A stretch of DNA of 64,000 nt from Amoebophrya sp. A120 (taxonomy: Eukaryota > Protista > Dinoflagellata), in contig CAJINV010000002.1 of assembly GCA_905178155.1 (NCBI GenBank), positions 905,809 through 969,808 of the forward strand, read 5' to 3'. The position numbers and the translations under genes are program-made. The notes beneath the pieces are model-generated. The model did no database searches and was not told where the DNA came from. It was given only the letters and a program-made list of their open reading frames with translations. How positions within the stretch are numbered: position 1 is the stretch's first letter; every line of letters starts with the position of its first letter. This document shows positions 12,841 through 25,600 of this stretch, in pieces.

Positions 12841-13694
12841 TTCTTTGAAAGGAAAATGAAAAAGGGGTTTTTAGTGTCGGATCCCCAGAGGCGGAAAATG
12901 AAAAAGAACAAAAAAAGAACAAAGATACTCTGACTCTGGCTCTACTTCTTATGATGTAGTGGTCCATGACACCGTAGCCTGAGAAGTTTTTCAAAAAACG
13001 AACGAGAAATACCTTGAAGGATGATCTTCACATGCGACGGCTTGAGATTTGCATCTAGTTGTAAGTCCTTCCTCAACCGTCGACTTCCACCAGAAAAAGT
13101 TATGTAGTCCAGAAGATCTTCATCGACATCGTGGCTGCAACCAACAAAAAAAAGAACAGCTGCGTTGCGTTTTGGCACGTCCGACAAAAATTTTGATTTC
13201 GACAGCGGTCGGGGCACCCAAGTGGCGTTTGCACTGCCCTCGGTGGTGAAGTATCAGTGAAACATCAAACTGTCACTTCCACTATCGTCCTATCGTGTGT
13301 GTGTCAATGTTCTTCGCGCTAGTACAGTTTGCATTTCATGACAATGTCGCCGCGTAGTTTAAAAAAATGATATATGCGCTCCGCATTCGCGTTGTACAAA
13401 AGTTCATTTGATAAGGCACAATATCTGCAACCAGCTCGCTGTTTGTAACTTCGTCGCAACTCCTATCACAAGTGAGATGGTGGACGCAACATTCTTGCTA
13501 TTGTTCTTGGGCCATCACATTATCACATTGTTTGATCTTGTTGCGTGTCGATCGTAGTTCTTGTACTTACTTCCAAAGGGTGATACCAGTAAAGATGTAT
13601 TTTGTATTTTCATCCGGCGGTGCAATTCAAAACTACTGCGTTATTTCTTGTACCGTACTCTTGACATAATGCTTGGAACAACTCCACCATTTTT

Positions 13695-16600
13695 TTACCA
13701 CCTCGAAGACTTCCCCCCGCCATTTTCCTTCCCGCCTCGTCGCCCCCGGCTTTCCCCCCTGCCAGACCCGTAGTCCCTGTCCCTGTAGTTCCTCCCCCCG
13801 GTGTTGTAATCATTTCTGCGATCGTCAGTTCTCCTCTCACGCTGATCACCACCACTTCTATCGCCCTTGGAGTTGTAGTTGCTCACACCTCCGTTCTTGC
13901 TGGTCTGCTATGCATTGCAAAAGCATCGTACTAGTAGAAATCGCATTACAAATTCGGTCATCATGACAAATGTAAATTTGTTATGCTGTTTTACCTTGGA
14001 ATGGAAATTTGTAATGCATGATTTCGATTACTACGAGTACGAAACTTTTGCACAGGATATCTGCTGCAACCCGCCTCCTGGTCGCTCGATTTCTACGCTG
14101 TCTTTCCTTCCGACGTCGTGTTTTATCCTGTGTAAAAACGTCCCCACCCCAGAGTCAAGTTGGGAACTCAGCAACACAAATCCAGAAGTTTTGGAAGCCA
14201 CGCATGACAAGTTGCAGTCCGCAGTGTAGTGCATGATAGCAAGGACAACGGCATCAGAAATCCACCTGCTTATCCTGTTTGCAGCATTACAAATGCCGAA
14301 ACACGATTGGAAATGCCTTTCATGGGGAAGCGCATTACGAGTGTTCCTGTCATTGCAAATCTGCATGACAACTCTGGGGTGGGTACGTTTTTACACAGGA
14401 TATGTTTGTCGCCTTCTTTTTCTCCTTCCCTGTCACGGGGAGTTCTTCTCTTTGTTCCATCGCGGTTGTCATGATCAGAGGCTTTTTTCGCGTCGTGGTC
14501 CCTGTGACTACGGTCGCCGCGGTTATTATTATTTCGGTCGTAATTATGGTCCCTTCTGTTGTTGTCATTGTAGTTGCGGCCACGATCGCGATCTCGATCT
14601 CGACTTCTGTATAGAGACGAAAAAGGTGATCTTCAGCAGTGTTCTTATCCCTAAAGGAATTCGCTGCATACCGTCGGGATTTGCCCTGTTTTTTGCGCCA
14701 ACGCAGGCGCTGCAGCTTTTATGGTCGCGCCTGCGTAGGAGTGCTGTTGCCTTCCCTGGTGGGTTTTTTCACGCGGCCCAGGCGTCTTTCTAGAGGAACC
14801 AACAGGCACGCTAGCACCCCGGCGAGCCTAGACATAGACTAAAGAGGCCCCCCCCACTGCGCAGATCGACGCGCCCCGCGGGCACTCACAACACACCCAC
14901 CCGGTGTGTTGTGAGTGGGCCCGCACACTGCCGCGGCCGGCTAATGGGCTCGCACACTGCCGCGGCCCGTTGCATTGCCGGCTAATGGGCCCACACACTG
15001 CCGCGGCCCGGTGCGACCGCCGGCGTAGCCCCGGCTTGGGGGGGGTCTTTGGGGAAAAAAAGAGCCCCTCCAAGCTGGGGCATCAGCTCGCGCCCAGGCG
15101 CGCGAACTTGGACGCAGTGGCCGGCGGTTATTCTGTCAGCGGGCAGCGCGTTCCCTGGCGCATGCGCTGGGGCTGCGCTAAGCACGAAAGCGCGACCCTC
15201 TGGAGGATGCGCGGCGAAGGCTTTGGATAGCCCTGGGCGGTCTCGCTTTTGTTGGCCTCAGACACGCCAGGCCTCGCCTAGAATGAAAAAAACTCACGAA
15301 TCGCGACGGTATGGCGCGATTTCTCTTAGGGATAAGAACACGCGGGAAGATCACCTTTTTCATCTCTATACATTGTAGTTGCGGCCACGATCGCGATCTC
15401 GATCTCGACTTCGTTCCCTATCGCGGGCGCTATGTGGCTTGTAAAAATCACCCTGAACATCCCTGCTCTTCTGGTTCAAATTATCCCTGTTCGATGTGCG
15501 ACCTCCTCCGTCTTCTCTTTTCTTCGCTTCCTCCCTTAAATCCTTCATGTCAATATCGAGCAAGTCCTCCTCATCCTCCGCATTTTTTGCCGCTGCAGCC
15601 GCCTTCATCTCTGCTTCCTTCTCATTGGCAATGAAATGCGCGGCGCCCTTCGGGCGGTTCTTGTTCGGTATCAAATGCAAAAACATCGCAGTGGTCGTGC
15701 TAAAAATTGCAGATTTGCATTACAGATTACTTTATTATACCTAAATCTGCATGACAAACTACTACTAGTGCGACGCTTTTGCAGTGCATATTCGGCCCGA
15801 TTCGGGAGGTTTGGTTCTGATCCGCGTTTTCTTTGGATTTTTTCTTGTACTCGAGATACTCCTGGACCCCGCTGGATTTGCTGGACTGCGACTCCGCGAG
15901 CTTCTTTTTGTAGGCAAGGTATTCCTGCACCCCACTAATGTGCTTCTTCGGAGGCTCTTCATCTTTGTTGGTTGTTATTTTACTATTTCCATCAGGTTCT
16001 ACTTTATTGCCTGAACTAGATGCAGCTGGTGGTGCAGCTGATATGTTGTTTTGCTTGTGATCATGCTCCCCGTTTGCGTTTTTACTGGAGTCACGCTTTA
16101 TTTCCTCTTGATTTTTACCCTGTAGTTCTTCTCTCGGCGACTCGCGTATCTTGTTCTCAGCGGACTCTACTGGAGGATGAGCTGCTGCTGGTGTAGCGGT
16201 TTTGTTGTTCTCTACTTTCTCCTTGTCCGAAAACTTTTTCTCCTGCTCGCGAACATCACCACGATCGTCTCCTCGCCGTCTTTCCTGGAGTTCACCACGG
16301 TCTTTGTAGTCGCGGTCGCGCCCACCTCTTCGGTTGTTGTAATTGTCGTCTCGATTTCGATCGCGGCCACCTCCACCGCGGTTGTAGTTATTGTCCCTGT
16401 CATAGCGGTCTCGGTCGCGGTCGCCACGACCACCACGATCCCGGTCTCGATCCCTTCTGTCATCCCGCTCCCGATTGGTATTTGTTATCCTGTGCAAAAC
16501 TATCGTATTCGTATTACAATCATGCATTACAAGTGTTTTTGTTAATTCAAATCCGCATTACAAATTTTATTTCTCATCCTGAGGAAATTTGTAATGCATT

Positions 16601-16800
16601 TGTACGAGTACGGTACTTTTGCAATGCATATTTCTATTTTCTTCGCGGTTTCTGTCGCGGCCGTGTTCTCTTCCAGAATTATCGCGGTCGGGTTTTCTTC
16701 TTTGTCGCGGTCTGGAGGTGCTACGCGGCCGGTCGCCCACCTGGAGTGGTGTTTCGTCTTTGTGATGAGCTTCTACCAAGACCTCATTAGCAATTGTAGA
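13695..16800 (-). CDS. RD/RG/N-rich low-complexity protein (multi-exon; may be the 3' part of the 18588 gene)
   Basis: ORF pieces 16567-16779, 15727-16527, 15366-15686 and 13695-13886 share RDRD/NYN composition and are separated by introners. Confidence 0.5.
13909..14059. mobile_element. Introner family A
   Basis: TIRs; DR tctgc/tctgc. Confidence 0.88.
14124..14402. mobile_element. Introner family C
   Basis: TIRs; DR tgttt/tgttt. Confidence 0.9.
14610..15370. mobile_element. 761-bp MITE-like element (family F), ~80-bp imperfect TIRs, GC-rich core, 42-bp flanking duplication
   Basis: TATAGAGAYGAAAAAGGTGATCTTC..GTGTTCTTATCCCTAA at both ends; 14566-14607 is identical to 15371-15412. Confidence 0.88.
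15669..15790. mobile_element. Short introner, family A-like
   Basis: TIRs; DR ttcgg/ttcgg. Confidence 0.82.
16486..16630. mobile_element. Introner family A
   Basis: TIRs; DR tttgt/tttct. Confidence 0.85.
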
Positions 16801-16855
16801 CTATGCTCCGTTTTGTTGATCACGATGCAGTACCCGCAGTTGCACCAGATGCTGT

Positions 16856-18588
16856 CTAGTACTTTGCAAATACCTAAAACACGAAAACACAATCATCTTC
16901 TTCTAAAATTATCCTAAATACCCTCTGTCGATCCCTTTCCACCTTTCGGTCGTACTCCTCAAACACGTTCTTGGTTGGATCTCCGAATTTGACTTCCTCT
17001 TCCCTTCGACCCTTGTTGTTTCCACCACCTTTCGTGTTGGAGGAGGAGGAGGCTCCGCCGCCTTTACCCGCAACCCTGTTCTCGTCCTTTCCACCGTTTT
17101 TACCGTACTTCGCATTCAACGCGTTGTACCTGCCTTTCTGTTCCGCGATCAAAGCTTGGTTATGGTCAATATGCATTGCAAATATGATGTCTGGGCCTGG
17201 AAGGTTGTGAGATTTCTCATGCACATTTTGCATGATGCATGATGCCTGTGATGCATGCCCCAGCATTACAGATTTTGTGAGTGCTTCCTGATGCCTATAC
17301 CGCATGAGAAATACCCCCTCTGCGTGGCAAAATCTGAACTCCTCTTGCTGCTCACGCAATACAGATTTTTGTAGAATCCAAAGGTCGCATCACAAGTTGA
17401 ATCCGTGTTCCAAACCCAGACATATTTGCCATGCATAGTCAACCACGCTCTGCAAAAGGCCCTGCACCGTGGCAAACTTGTTCTGCGTCTGCCTTGTCGC
17501 GTTGCGGCCACTCTGGGCAGAGGGGTCGAGGAGGGGACCTGGATAATTTTTGTAAATCAGTTTTATTTTCATGATGGATCATTGGTTTCACGCATTACAG
17601 AAGTTTGACGACTCTGCGACGTGTAAAAAAGCAACATGTTCGTGTTCCGCATGACAAAAGAAAGAAAAAATGAAAACCTACGTACCTGGATCCTCCATGA
17701 AGTTCTCAATATCCGTCACTTCGCCGTCCCCCATGTCGTCATGCTCATCCGTTGTTGTCGTGCCCTCCTTGCGTATACTTTCCCGGCACTCACGGATCAA
17801 ACTGCATAAAACGTGTCTCATCTCTATGGAGTTCTCAAATGTTACATTCTCAACAACTGTTACATGGATTTGTAATGCAAGAATGGACAAAGTGAAAGGA
17901 GGAAGATTGCGCCCTTTGCATCACAACTTTGCCGCAGATTTAGATGCTGTTTAGCCCTTCTGAAATTTGTCATGCGAAGCAGCTTGATCACCTGCCGGCT
18001 TTAGCTGCTTTTGCATGACAAATTCATGTGCTTAACAGTTGAGAATGTAACGTTTGAGAGTCCCATAACCTCCTGCTCGTGATCCTCTTCCGTCACCGGT
18101 TCGCGGGTTTGCGGGGGCAGGAATTGCTGCTGTTGGTGGTTGTATTGAAGGTGTCCTGTAGCTGCTACCTGTGAGAGGTAAGGTTGCTGTTGCTGTTGCT
18201 GGTTGAAATTTGCGTAGGGGTTGTTGTTCTGTGCGAATTGGTGGTGCTTAACAAAACCGCCCGGGGAAGTGCCGACTGCAACTGGCTGTATTGGCATTGC
18301 TGGGACTGCACCTCCATAAGCTCCTGACACACCAGCACCGGCCCATCCTTGATTATTCATCATCATTGGCTGCCCTCCTGGTGCCCCCGCTCCTTTCATG
18401 ACAGCCGCTTGTGGTAGTGGTCGCAAGCCCGGTGGAAGGGGGCGAAGCTGGGGGAACAGGGGGTTGGGGGCAGCTGCTCCGGGTTGTAGTGGCTGAACAG
18501 GGACAAGGGGCACCATTCCGGGCGGAGCTTTGGATTGCGCGGGCAGCATCTGGTGCTGCATCGGCGCACCGTAGCCGTAGGGGTTCAT
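16856..18588 (-). CDS. Unknown protein with P/Q/G-rich N-terminus (multi-exon)
   Basis: MNPYGYGAPMQ... joins in frame across element 17825-18067, a GT-AG intron (~17539-17685) and element 17170-17437; 3' end uncertain. Confidence 0.55.
17170..17437. mobile_element. Introner family B (TIR TAT....TGCAAA(T/A)ATGTCTGGGTCTGGAA)
   Basis: TIRs; DR gtcaa/gtcaa. Confidence 0.88.
17825..18067. mobile_element. Introner family I (TIR TATGG...TCTCAAA.GTTACATTCTCAAC)
   Basis: TIRs; DR atctc/acctc; yields GT-AG on the minus strand. Confidence 0.85.
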
Positions 18589-19669
18589 TTTATCTTTTTT
18601 TTCCTACAACGGGAACTGCTTCATAAAAAATAGCACTGAATTTCTGATGTTTATCGATCTGGCACAGACACTGTGGACAACTACGTACGTGCATCATGTG
18701 GACAAAAATGAAGCGCTTAGAGTAGACATGACAGTAGTACAGCAGCCAGGGCAGCATAGAATCGCAGCCGCCGCGTGCAGCCTGAGGGTAATTTTTTTTG
18801 ACTTTTCTAGTACTTAGCAAGCGGTTCTTTCTTCTGCTTGCAACTAGCATTTGATTTCATCGGGTGGTCTCGTGAGTTATTATACTTACGTTTACTTCGC
18901 TTCTTCATGTTCTTTTCCCTTGTCGGTCTAGATCTTGTTGTTCTGGGTATTAAATCGATGAGTGTAGTAGCTTGTCAAGAAATTATGCTAGGTGGTGGTC
19001 GTACTAGAGGCGATGGCATTGAAAATGGAAATTTGATGTGATGCTAGTTTTCAGCTTCTATCTACAGCCCGATTAAAATCTCAAAATTGTAGCATGCACA
19101 CCAACCACTGCGCTACTCCTCCCCAGGAAAGAACCCCAAGAGTAGACCCTCTCCAAAAGTAAACCTCAACACAATAAGCAATCTCATCTTCTCGAACAAG
19201 AAACCACCCACAACGCTATACGCTCGCTGCACTCAGAGTAGCGGTCCACTTCTAGACTCAACATCGAGCTCAGAAGGCATCAACCTGCACTGTGTTTATT
19301 TTCGCTTGTTCCGTTTGCTCCAAGCAGCACACTAGAAAGAACATCACGATCACTTCGCGTGGCAGGACAAGGACTGCTCACGGAATAGGTCGTGGTCGCG
19401 GCGCCAACGCTGATACAACTTCAAGACTTCTTTTTGGGAGAATGGGTAAGTATCAAGAGCCACATCTGGAGGTGGATCCTACTAGCAACAACGTTTACTG
19501 CGTTACATCATGTTTGGATCGTTTAAATGCTTTACTCTAATTCATGTTCTTCATCGCTGTACTCAATCTACTTAATTCTTTGTTCGTAGAAGTCTTCTAC
19601 GACCGCTACGCACCTGTTTTCGTTTTGGTTTTCTATTTTGCTCGCTATACCAAATCATCATGTTCCTTG

Positions 19670-22600
19670 TCACACGATCTGCCGTCCCAGCCGTTTCCCA
19701 ATGTTGAGAATCACCTTCACTACGTTCTCATCCACGGACCCCAAGTCGTTGTTCGTCGCCATCTATCCTGTGCAAAAGTATCGTACTCGTACTAATTGCG
19801 TTCATGCATTACAAATCTTTTTGCTAGGGCAAATCCGCATTACAAATTTAATCTCTAATACCAAGTCAATTCGTAATGCAACTTATACTAGTACGTTACT
19901 TTTGCAGTTCATACCATCTTGCAATGCGAATTCAAGAAATTCCGAAGTTTTAAAATGATCTCGTCCTTCTGATTTGCGTCCAGCTGGCCGAAGAAGTTGA
20001 TGTCGATAACCTCTATGAATTGCGAAAGTGTCTGGGTCTGGAAGATTGCAACTTGTCATGGTAAATTTGAAGCATGCAAAAATCTGTGCTGCATGAGTGC
20101 CAAAAGCTGTACACTTTTGAACAAGTTGGAAGGGAGTTTCTCATGCAGGATAGGCATGGCAAAGACCTCGCAGAGTCTGTCATGCCAAGTCCCGCATTCC
20201 AGACCTCATGGGTCATGGAAAATGTGCATGACAAGTGTACACTTTGCCAGACCCAGACATTTTTGCATTTCATAACCTCCCGGATAACGCAACACCTCCT
20301 GTAGAGACTGAACTTCGACTGACTAGGGTCTAAACCGGAGAAGTACGTCACGTGCTGCTGATTGGCGCTATTTTGCGGCTGATGCTGTACCAATGTACGG
20401 GGGCTTTGGAGGTTTCCGCTACTCCCGCTACTTGTATTCGCAACGCAACTCCCGGGCAACAGCCGGTTTGTGATTCCGTTCAAGAGCAAATGCAGTTTGT
20501 AGTACTCCCGGAGAAATTCTTGTTTGTAACTGAACCCATGACCCCCTGCGCCGTAACTGCCCCAATACCCTCGTTTCGGCGAATGACTGCCTCCGCCGGC
20601 AGAGTAGCTGTCGTAGCAGGTGTCTTTCTCGACGGTCTTGTAGTACTTTTCCAAAAAGTTGATTTGGTTGCGGTCGAGTAGAAGGGCCTTGAAACGCGTG
20701 CTGAGCGGTTGTGCAGTGACTACAGCGGCTTGCGGCGCAGACCCCCCTGCTGGTACAATTTTCGCGAACATCAGCAAATCTGGTGGAATTGCTTGCAAGA
20801 TTCGGACGAAATTTTTCAGGAATTTTTGTTGCCAGTAGACGTCATCGTCGTAGAAATTGTAGATCGCAGATTCCCACAACGCGATACTCCAGATCGGTGA
20901 AAAGTACTGCTCGAAAATCGACTTGGTGTTTTGTCCGAAAGCGTTTGGCTGCAGCAAGAACTCATCGCTTAATTGCTGTTTTTCCGCTTCTACGGTCAAT
21001 TGCGCGATTCTCTGCTGAAACAGCATGAACTGCTCGCGGTTCTGCGCCAGGGAATTCATCTTTTCGTTCAACGCGTTCAAATCCCGCCTCCCGGTTTCCT
21101 GCTCCGCGATGCGCAAAGACGCCTCGGTGCGGACCCGCTGCTTCTTATGAACTCCAAAAGTATCGCACTCGTATAAATGCATTACAAATCAGCATGAGAA
21201 ATAAAATTTGTAATGCGTATTTGACTTAACAAAAAGATTTGTAATGCATGACTGCAATACGAGTACGATATTTTTGCACAGGATACTTCTGCTCTTTGAA
21301 CAACAACCGGAGAAACTCCACTAACAGCATCGCCCTATCAAATGCAAAAGTGTCTGGGTCTGAAAGATTCTGAGACTTGTCATGCGGTTTTTCCAAGCTC
21401 CACCAACTCTGGAATGCAGGGCGTAGCATCACAGGTTCTGCAGCCCCTTGGTGATACCTATTCTGCATGAGAAATGCCCTCTCGTCAGCATGGCCAGAAA
21501 TGGGGACCTCTTGCAAGTCATGCAACACAGATTTTTGTATGATTCGTAATCGTAACACGCATCACAAGTCCGCATCCTTCCAGACCCAGACATTTTTGCA
21601 TTTGATAGGCCCTGACTTCCATCAAATCCACGCGGATCTGCTGGTCCTCGGTCTGCTGGTCGACAAAGTCGATTTGTGTGCCGCTGTCAACTTGAGTACC
21701 GGTTGTAGTTGACGTCGCCCAAGCGTCTTGTTTGTTTTGTTGTCCTGGTGGTGTGATCACCTGCTTCTTCCCCTCGATTTCGTCGCAGACGTGGGTCCAG
21801 ATCTCTGACCATATGTCTAAAGCATTCCGTAAAGAATCTAGTGTCATCTTCAATTTATCCCCGCTCTTCAACAACTTCTTCAGCGCGACGGCCGCTTGCT
21901 TGATGTGCTTGGGTTTGTTGTTGTGCCACTTCAAAATTTGGTACGCGTAGTCCATTTGGGGATTGGCCTGGTTTTGCTGGATGATGTTGGGGTTCTCGGA
22001 GAGTAAAAACGCAACTTCAAAAACCCTTTCCCACATTTCTTCCTTCTTTTCCAACGCTTCGCACCGTTGCGAGTCAAAGAGCTCGAGGAGCCCCTTCGGG
22101 CTTGTCGGGCTGGAAATTTTAAACCCGATGAAGTTCTCCCATCTGTGATTGCCGGCAAGCTCGTCCACGATCTTTGCACTTTGTTCCATATGGATGTGTC
22201 AGGATCGAAATCGACAAAATCGAAAAATTTGCGATGCATAAAATCGATACCAGTTGGAGCCTCAGTTTCCAAGCGGCGCATGACAAATTTCGGGAGCACC
22301 AAAATCCAGTCTGTCATGCTGTTTGGGCCAAGGAGACTGCTCTTGTCATGCTACTCTGGCAGCACATCGCCTTCCCCTAAACAGGCTTGCAATCGGGTTC
22401 ATTTGCTTGCTCCCCAACACAGGCCATGCGTGCTCTACATTTTATGCATATACAAATTTTTCGATTTTGTCGACTTCGATCCTGACACTCCCATATTCGT
22501 ATTCCAAGCGGACGAGGTAATTTGAGTTGTTAGTCGCTCCGTTTTGCTCCACTCGCAGTTTCGGCAACACCATGCACTCCTCTTGCATCAAACACTTACC

Positions 22601-25600
22601 TAGAGAAATTAAAGCGTCTCTTCGCCCGTTCTCGTTGCTCATCCACTTGTAAAAGATCGGGTTTAGCGAGTTATTCACCCGATTGTTCAGCTCGGGCAGT
22701 TTCGGTAGGCAGCCGCAGAAGAAGAGGAGTCTTTCCAACAAAAACTCCCGGTATTCCATCGCTTTGAAATACAGGGAGAGGAGGTTGATTTTTTTGTCAC
22801 CTGGTGCAACGCCCACCTCCCGTTGCAGCCACAATGGTAATTCCACGTGCAACTCCTGGTGGGGGTTTTGAATCTGCACGCCTTGCAGGTGTCCCGTGTT
22901 CTTATACGCGTTGGGTTGTTTTATCCCGGGAAGCATCTTTTCGAGCACCTTATCGGCTAGAATGCTCCAGGCCTCTAATTGCTCGCCGGCGATGTGTATC
23001 CTGTGCAAAAGTATCGCACTCGTATAAATGCAAGTCTTGCATTACAAATTTTTTTCTTATCGTAAATCCGCTTTACAAATTTCCTTTCTCATGCGGAGGA
23101 AATTTGTAATGCATTTATACGAGTACGATACTTTTGCAACGCATAGTGTGTGCTTGCTTCTTCGGAACGTTTGTCCAGTACCAGTAGGTCCTTATCCTGT
23201 GCAAAAACATCCGCACTCCAGAGTTGTCATGCAGATCTGCAAGCACGCGAGCATTTGTAATGCGCATCCGCATGGTCCGATAGGCATTTCCAATCGTGTT
23301 TTGGAGCTTGTAATGCTGTAAACAGGATAAGCAGATGGATTTGTAATGCGACTTCCCTTGCTAAACTGCACTACACTAGAGCCTGCAATTTGTAATGCGT
23401 GACTGCTAAAGCTTCGAGGTTTGTGTTGCAAAATCCCCATCTTGACTCTGGGGTGGGGACGTTTTTCCTTAGGATACTCCTCACGAAAGAATTGTCCTGC
23501 TTCTTCCCCGTTCTTGGGTCCAAAACCGTGACTGGAGCTCCTGCGAGGTTCATCTGCTGATTATTTGTCACAGCTTTATTCGCGGCCACGTTGGCCGTGG
23601 ACACAACGGCAAAGGGGTCAAGAAGTTTTTTCTCCGTAGGTTGTTGTGACAGACCTCCCTGCGGCACGGCTGGTCCCCGCGGGCTGAGCGGTGGCTGCTG
23701 CCCAACTGCGTGTTCTGGCGCGGGGGTGTATAAGTGCTCTTTCTGGAGCAAAACCAACGGCGGAAGTTCGTTTTTCCGGGAAGATTTATTCTGCAAATTC
23801 CCCCCGTGAATCTCCACGTTGATCTTCCCTCGTTGTCCGTGCATCCCGATGGAGCTCGCCCCATCATTCAGCGAATTCGGCGAGTTGCCGGCGTTTTGCT
23901 GCTGGTCTAGAAAATCTTCGTCGTCATCATCCTCATCACCGTAATTGTCCTGCTCCTTCTCATCCCCGGGCGCAAACCCTGAATTAGGCTGCACGATTTT
24001 GCGTAAAACGAAACACAAAACCAAATTTGCCATCTGCTCGTTCTTCCGCCACAGTTCCACTTTGCCCGGTATTCTGGATAGAGGGACCGTTTTTACTTGT
24101 CTTTTCTGCCCCTTCTCATCCAACTGCGTATGCACTGCAAAAGTATCCTATCGTACTCGTATAAATGCATTACAAATTTCCTCAGCATGAGAAAAAAGTT
24201 TTGTAATGCGGATTTGCCTTAAGAAAAAGATTTGTAATGCATGACTGCGATTACTACGAGTACGATACTTTTGCACAGGATACTGCGATTGTTGCAGCAA
24301 TCCCTGCTCCGTCTGCTCCGATTTGTACAGATGCGGGGTATATCAAATCGTAAAAGTGTCTGGGTCTGGAAGGTTGGAACTTGTGATGCTAACTTTGGAC
24401 TCTAAAAAAATCTGTACTGCATGAACAGCAAAAGATGCGTAATTTGTGCTACGCGGAGAGGGCATTTCTCATGCGGTATGAGCATCAGAAAGCCCTCGCA
24501 AAATCTCTGATGCTAGGGCATGCATCACAGACCTCATGGGGCATGCAAAATATGCATGACAAACTCCTGCATTCTTCCAGACCCAGACATTTTTGCATTT
24601 GATAGTGTATCCTTCGCATTCGTATCAACCATGGTGAAGAAGTAGGACAATAGCATGTCGGTGCCGAAAAACCCATGGGAAAAATACAGCCAGTCGTTGC
24701 AACACTGCTCGTCTTCAGAAAAGAATTCGAGAAAAACCTGACTTATGTCCTGCGCGTAGGTCTTCTCAATAATCTGCTTTTCCGCATCGGAAACAGTTGA
24801 TGTTCCCTGACTTGCCAAGAACTGCTGCAGTGTGGTCTGGTCGATCTTGAGGAAAGTGATCGCTCGCAGAAAGGCGCAGAAGAGTTCGGAGTATGAAATG
24901 CAAATGTGTCTGAATCTGGAAGGATGCAACTTGTGATGCTACCTTTGGATTCTACATCAAATCTGTATTGGATGAACAGCAACAGAGGTGCGTCTTTTGC
25001 TACGCGGAGAGGGCATTTCTCATGCGGTATGAGCATCAGAAAGCCTTCGCATGATCTCTGGTGCTAGGGCATGCATCACAGACCTCAGGGGCCTTGCAAA
25101 ATCTGCATGACAAACTCCTGCACTCTCGCAGGCCCAGACATATTTGCAGTTGATACGGAGCCTTTGGTAGCGAATTGCTGGTATTCCTGGTCGTCCTCGT
25201 AAAGATCTAAACCACCGGTCGCATTACCAGTACTACTACTACCTCCAAACGGCGCTTGATTCGGCGACAACTGCACCTTCTGGTCGGTTATCCCCGGCCA
25301 CTGGTTCGTGAAAAGCTTCGAATACTTCACAAACATATCCAGTGCAAAAGTATCGCACTCGTAGTATTAATTGCAATCATGCATTACAAATCTCCTTTCC
25401 AAGGTAAAACAGCATGACAAATCTTATTTCTCATGCTGAGCAAATTTGTCATGCGATTTATACTAGTACGATACTTTTATTGCATTGCATAAAACAAACG
25501 CACGAGCAATATCATCAACTGCAACCTTTCCGTTTGTACCCTTTGCCGATGATTGTCTTCCAAATGTCGCCAATCTCGACCCGCGTCGTAGATATTCAAG

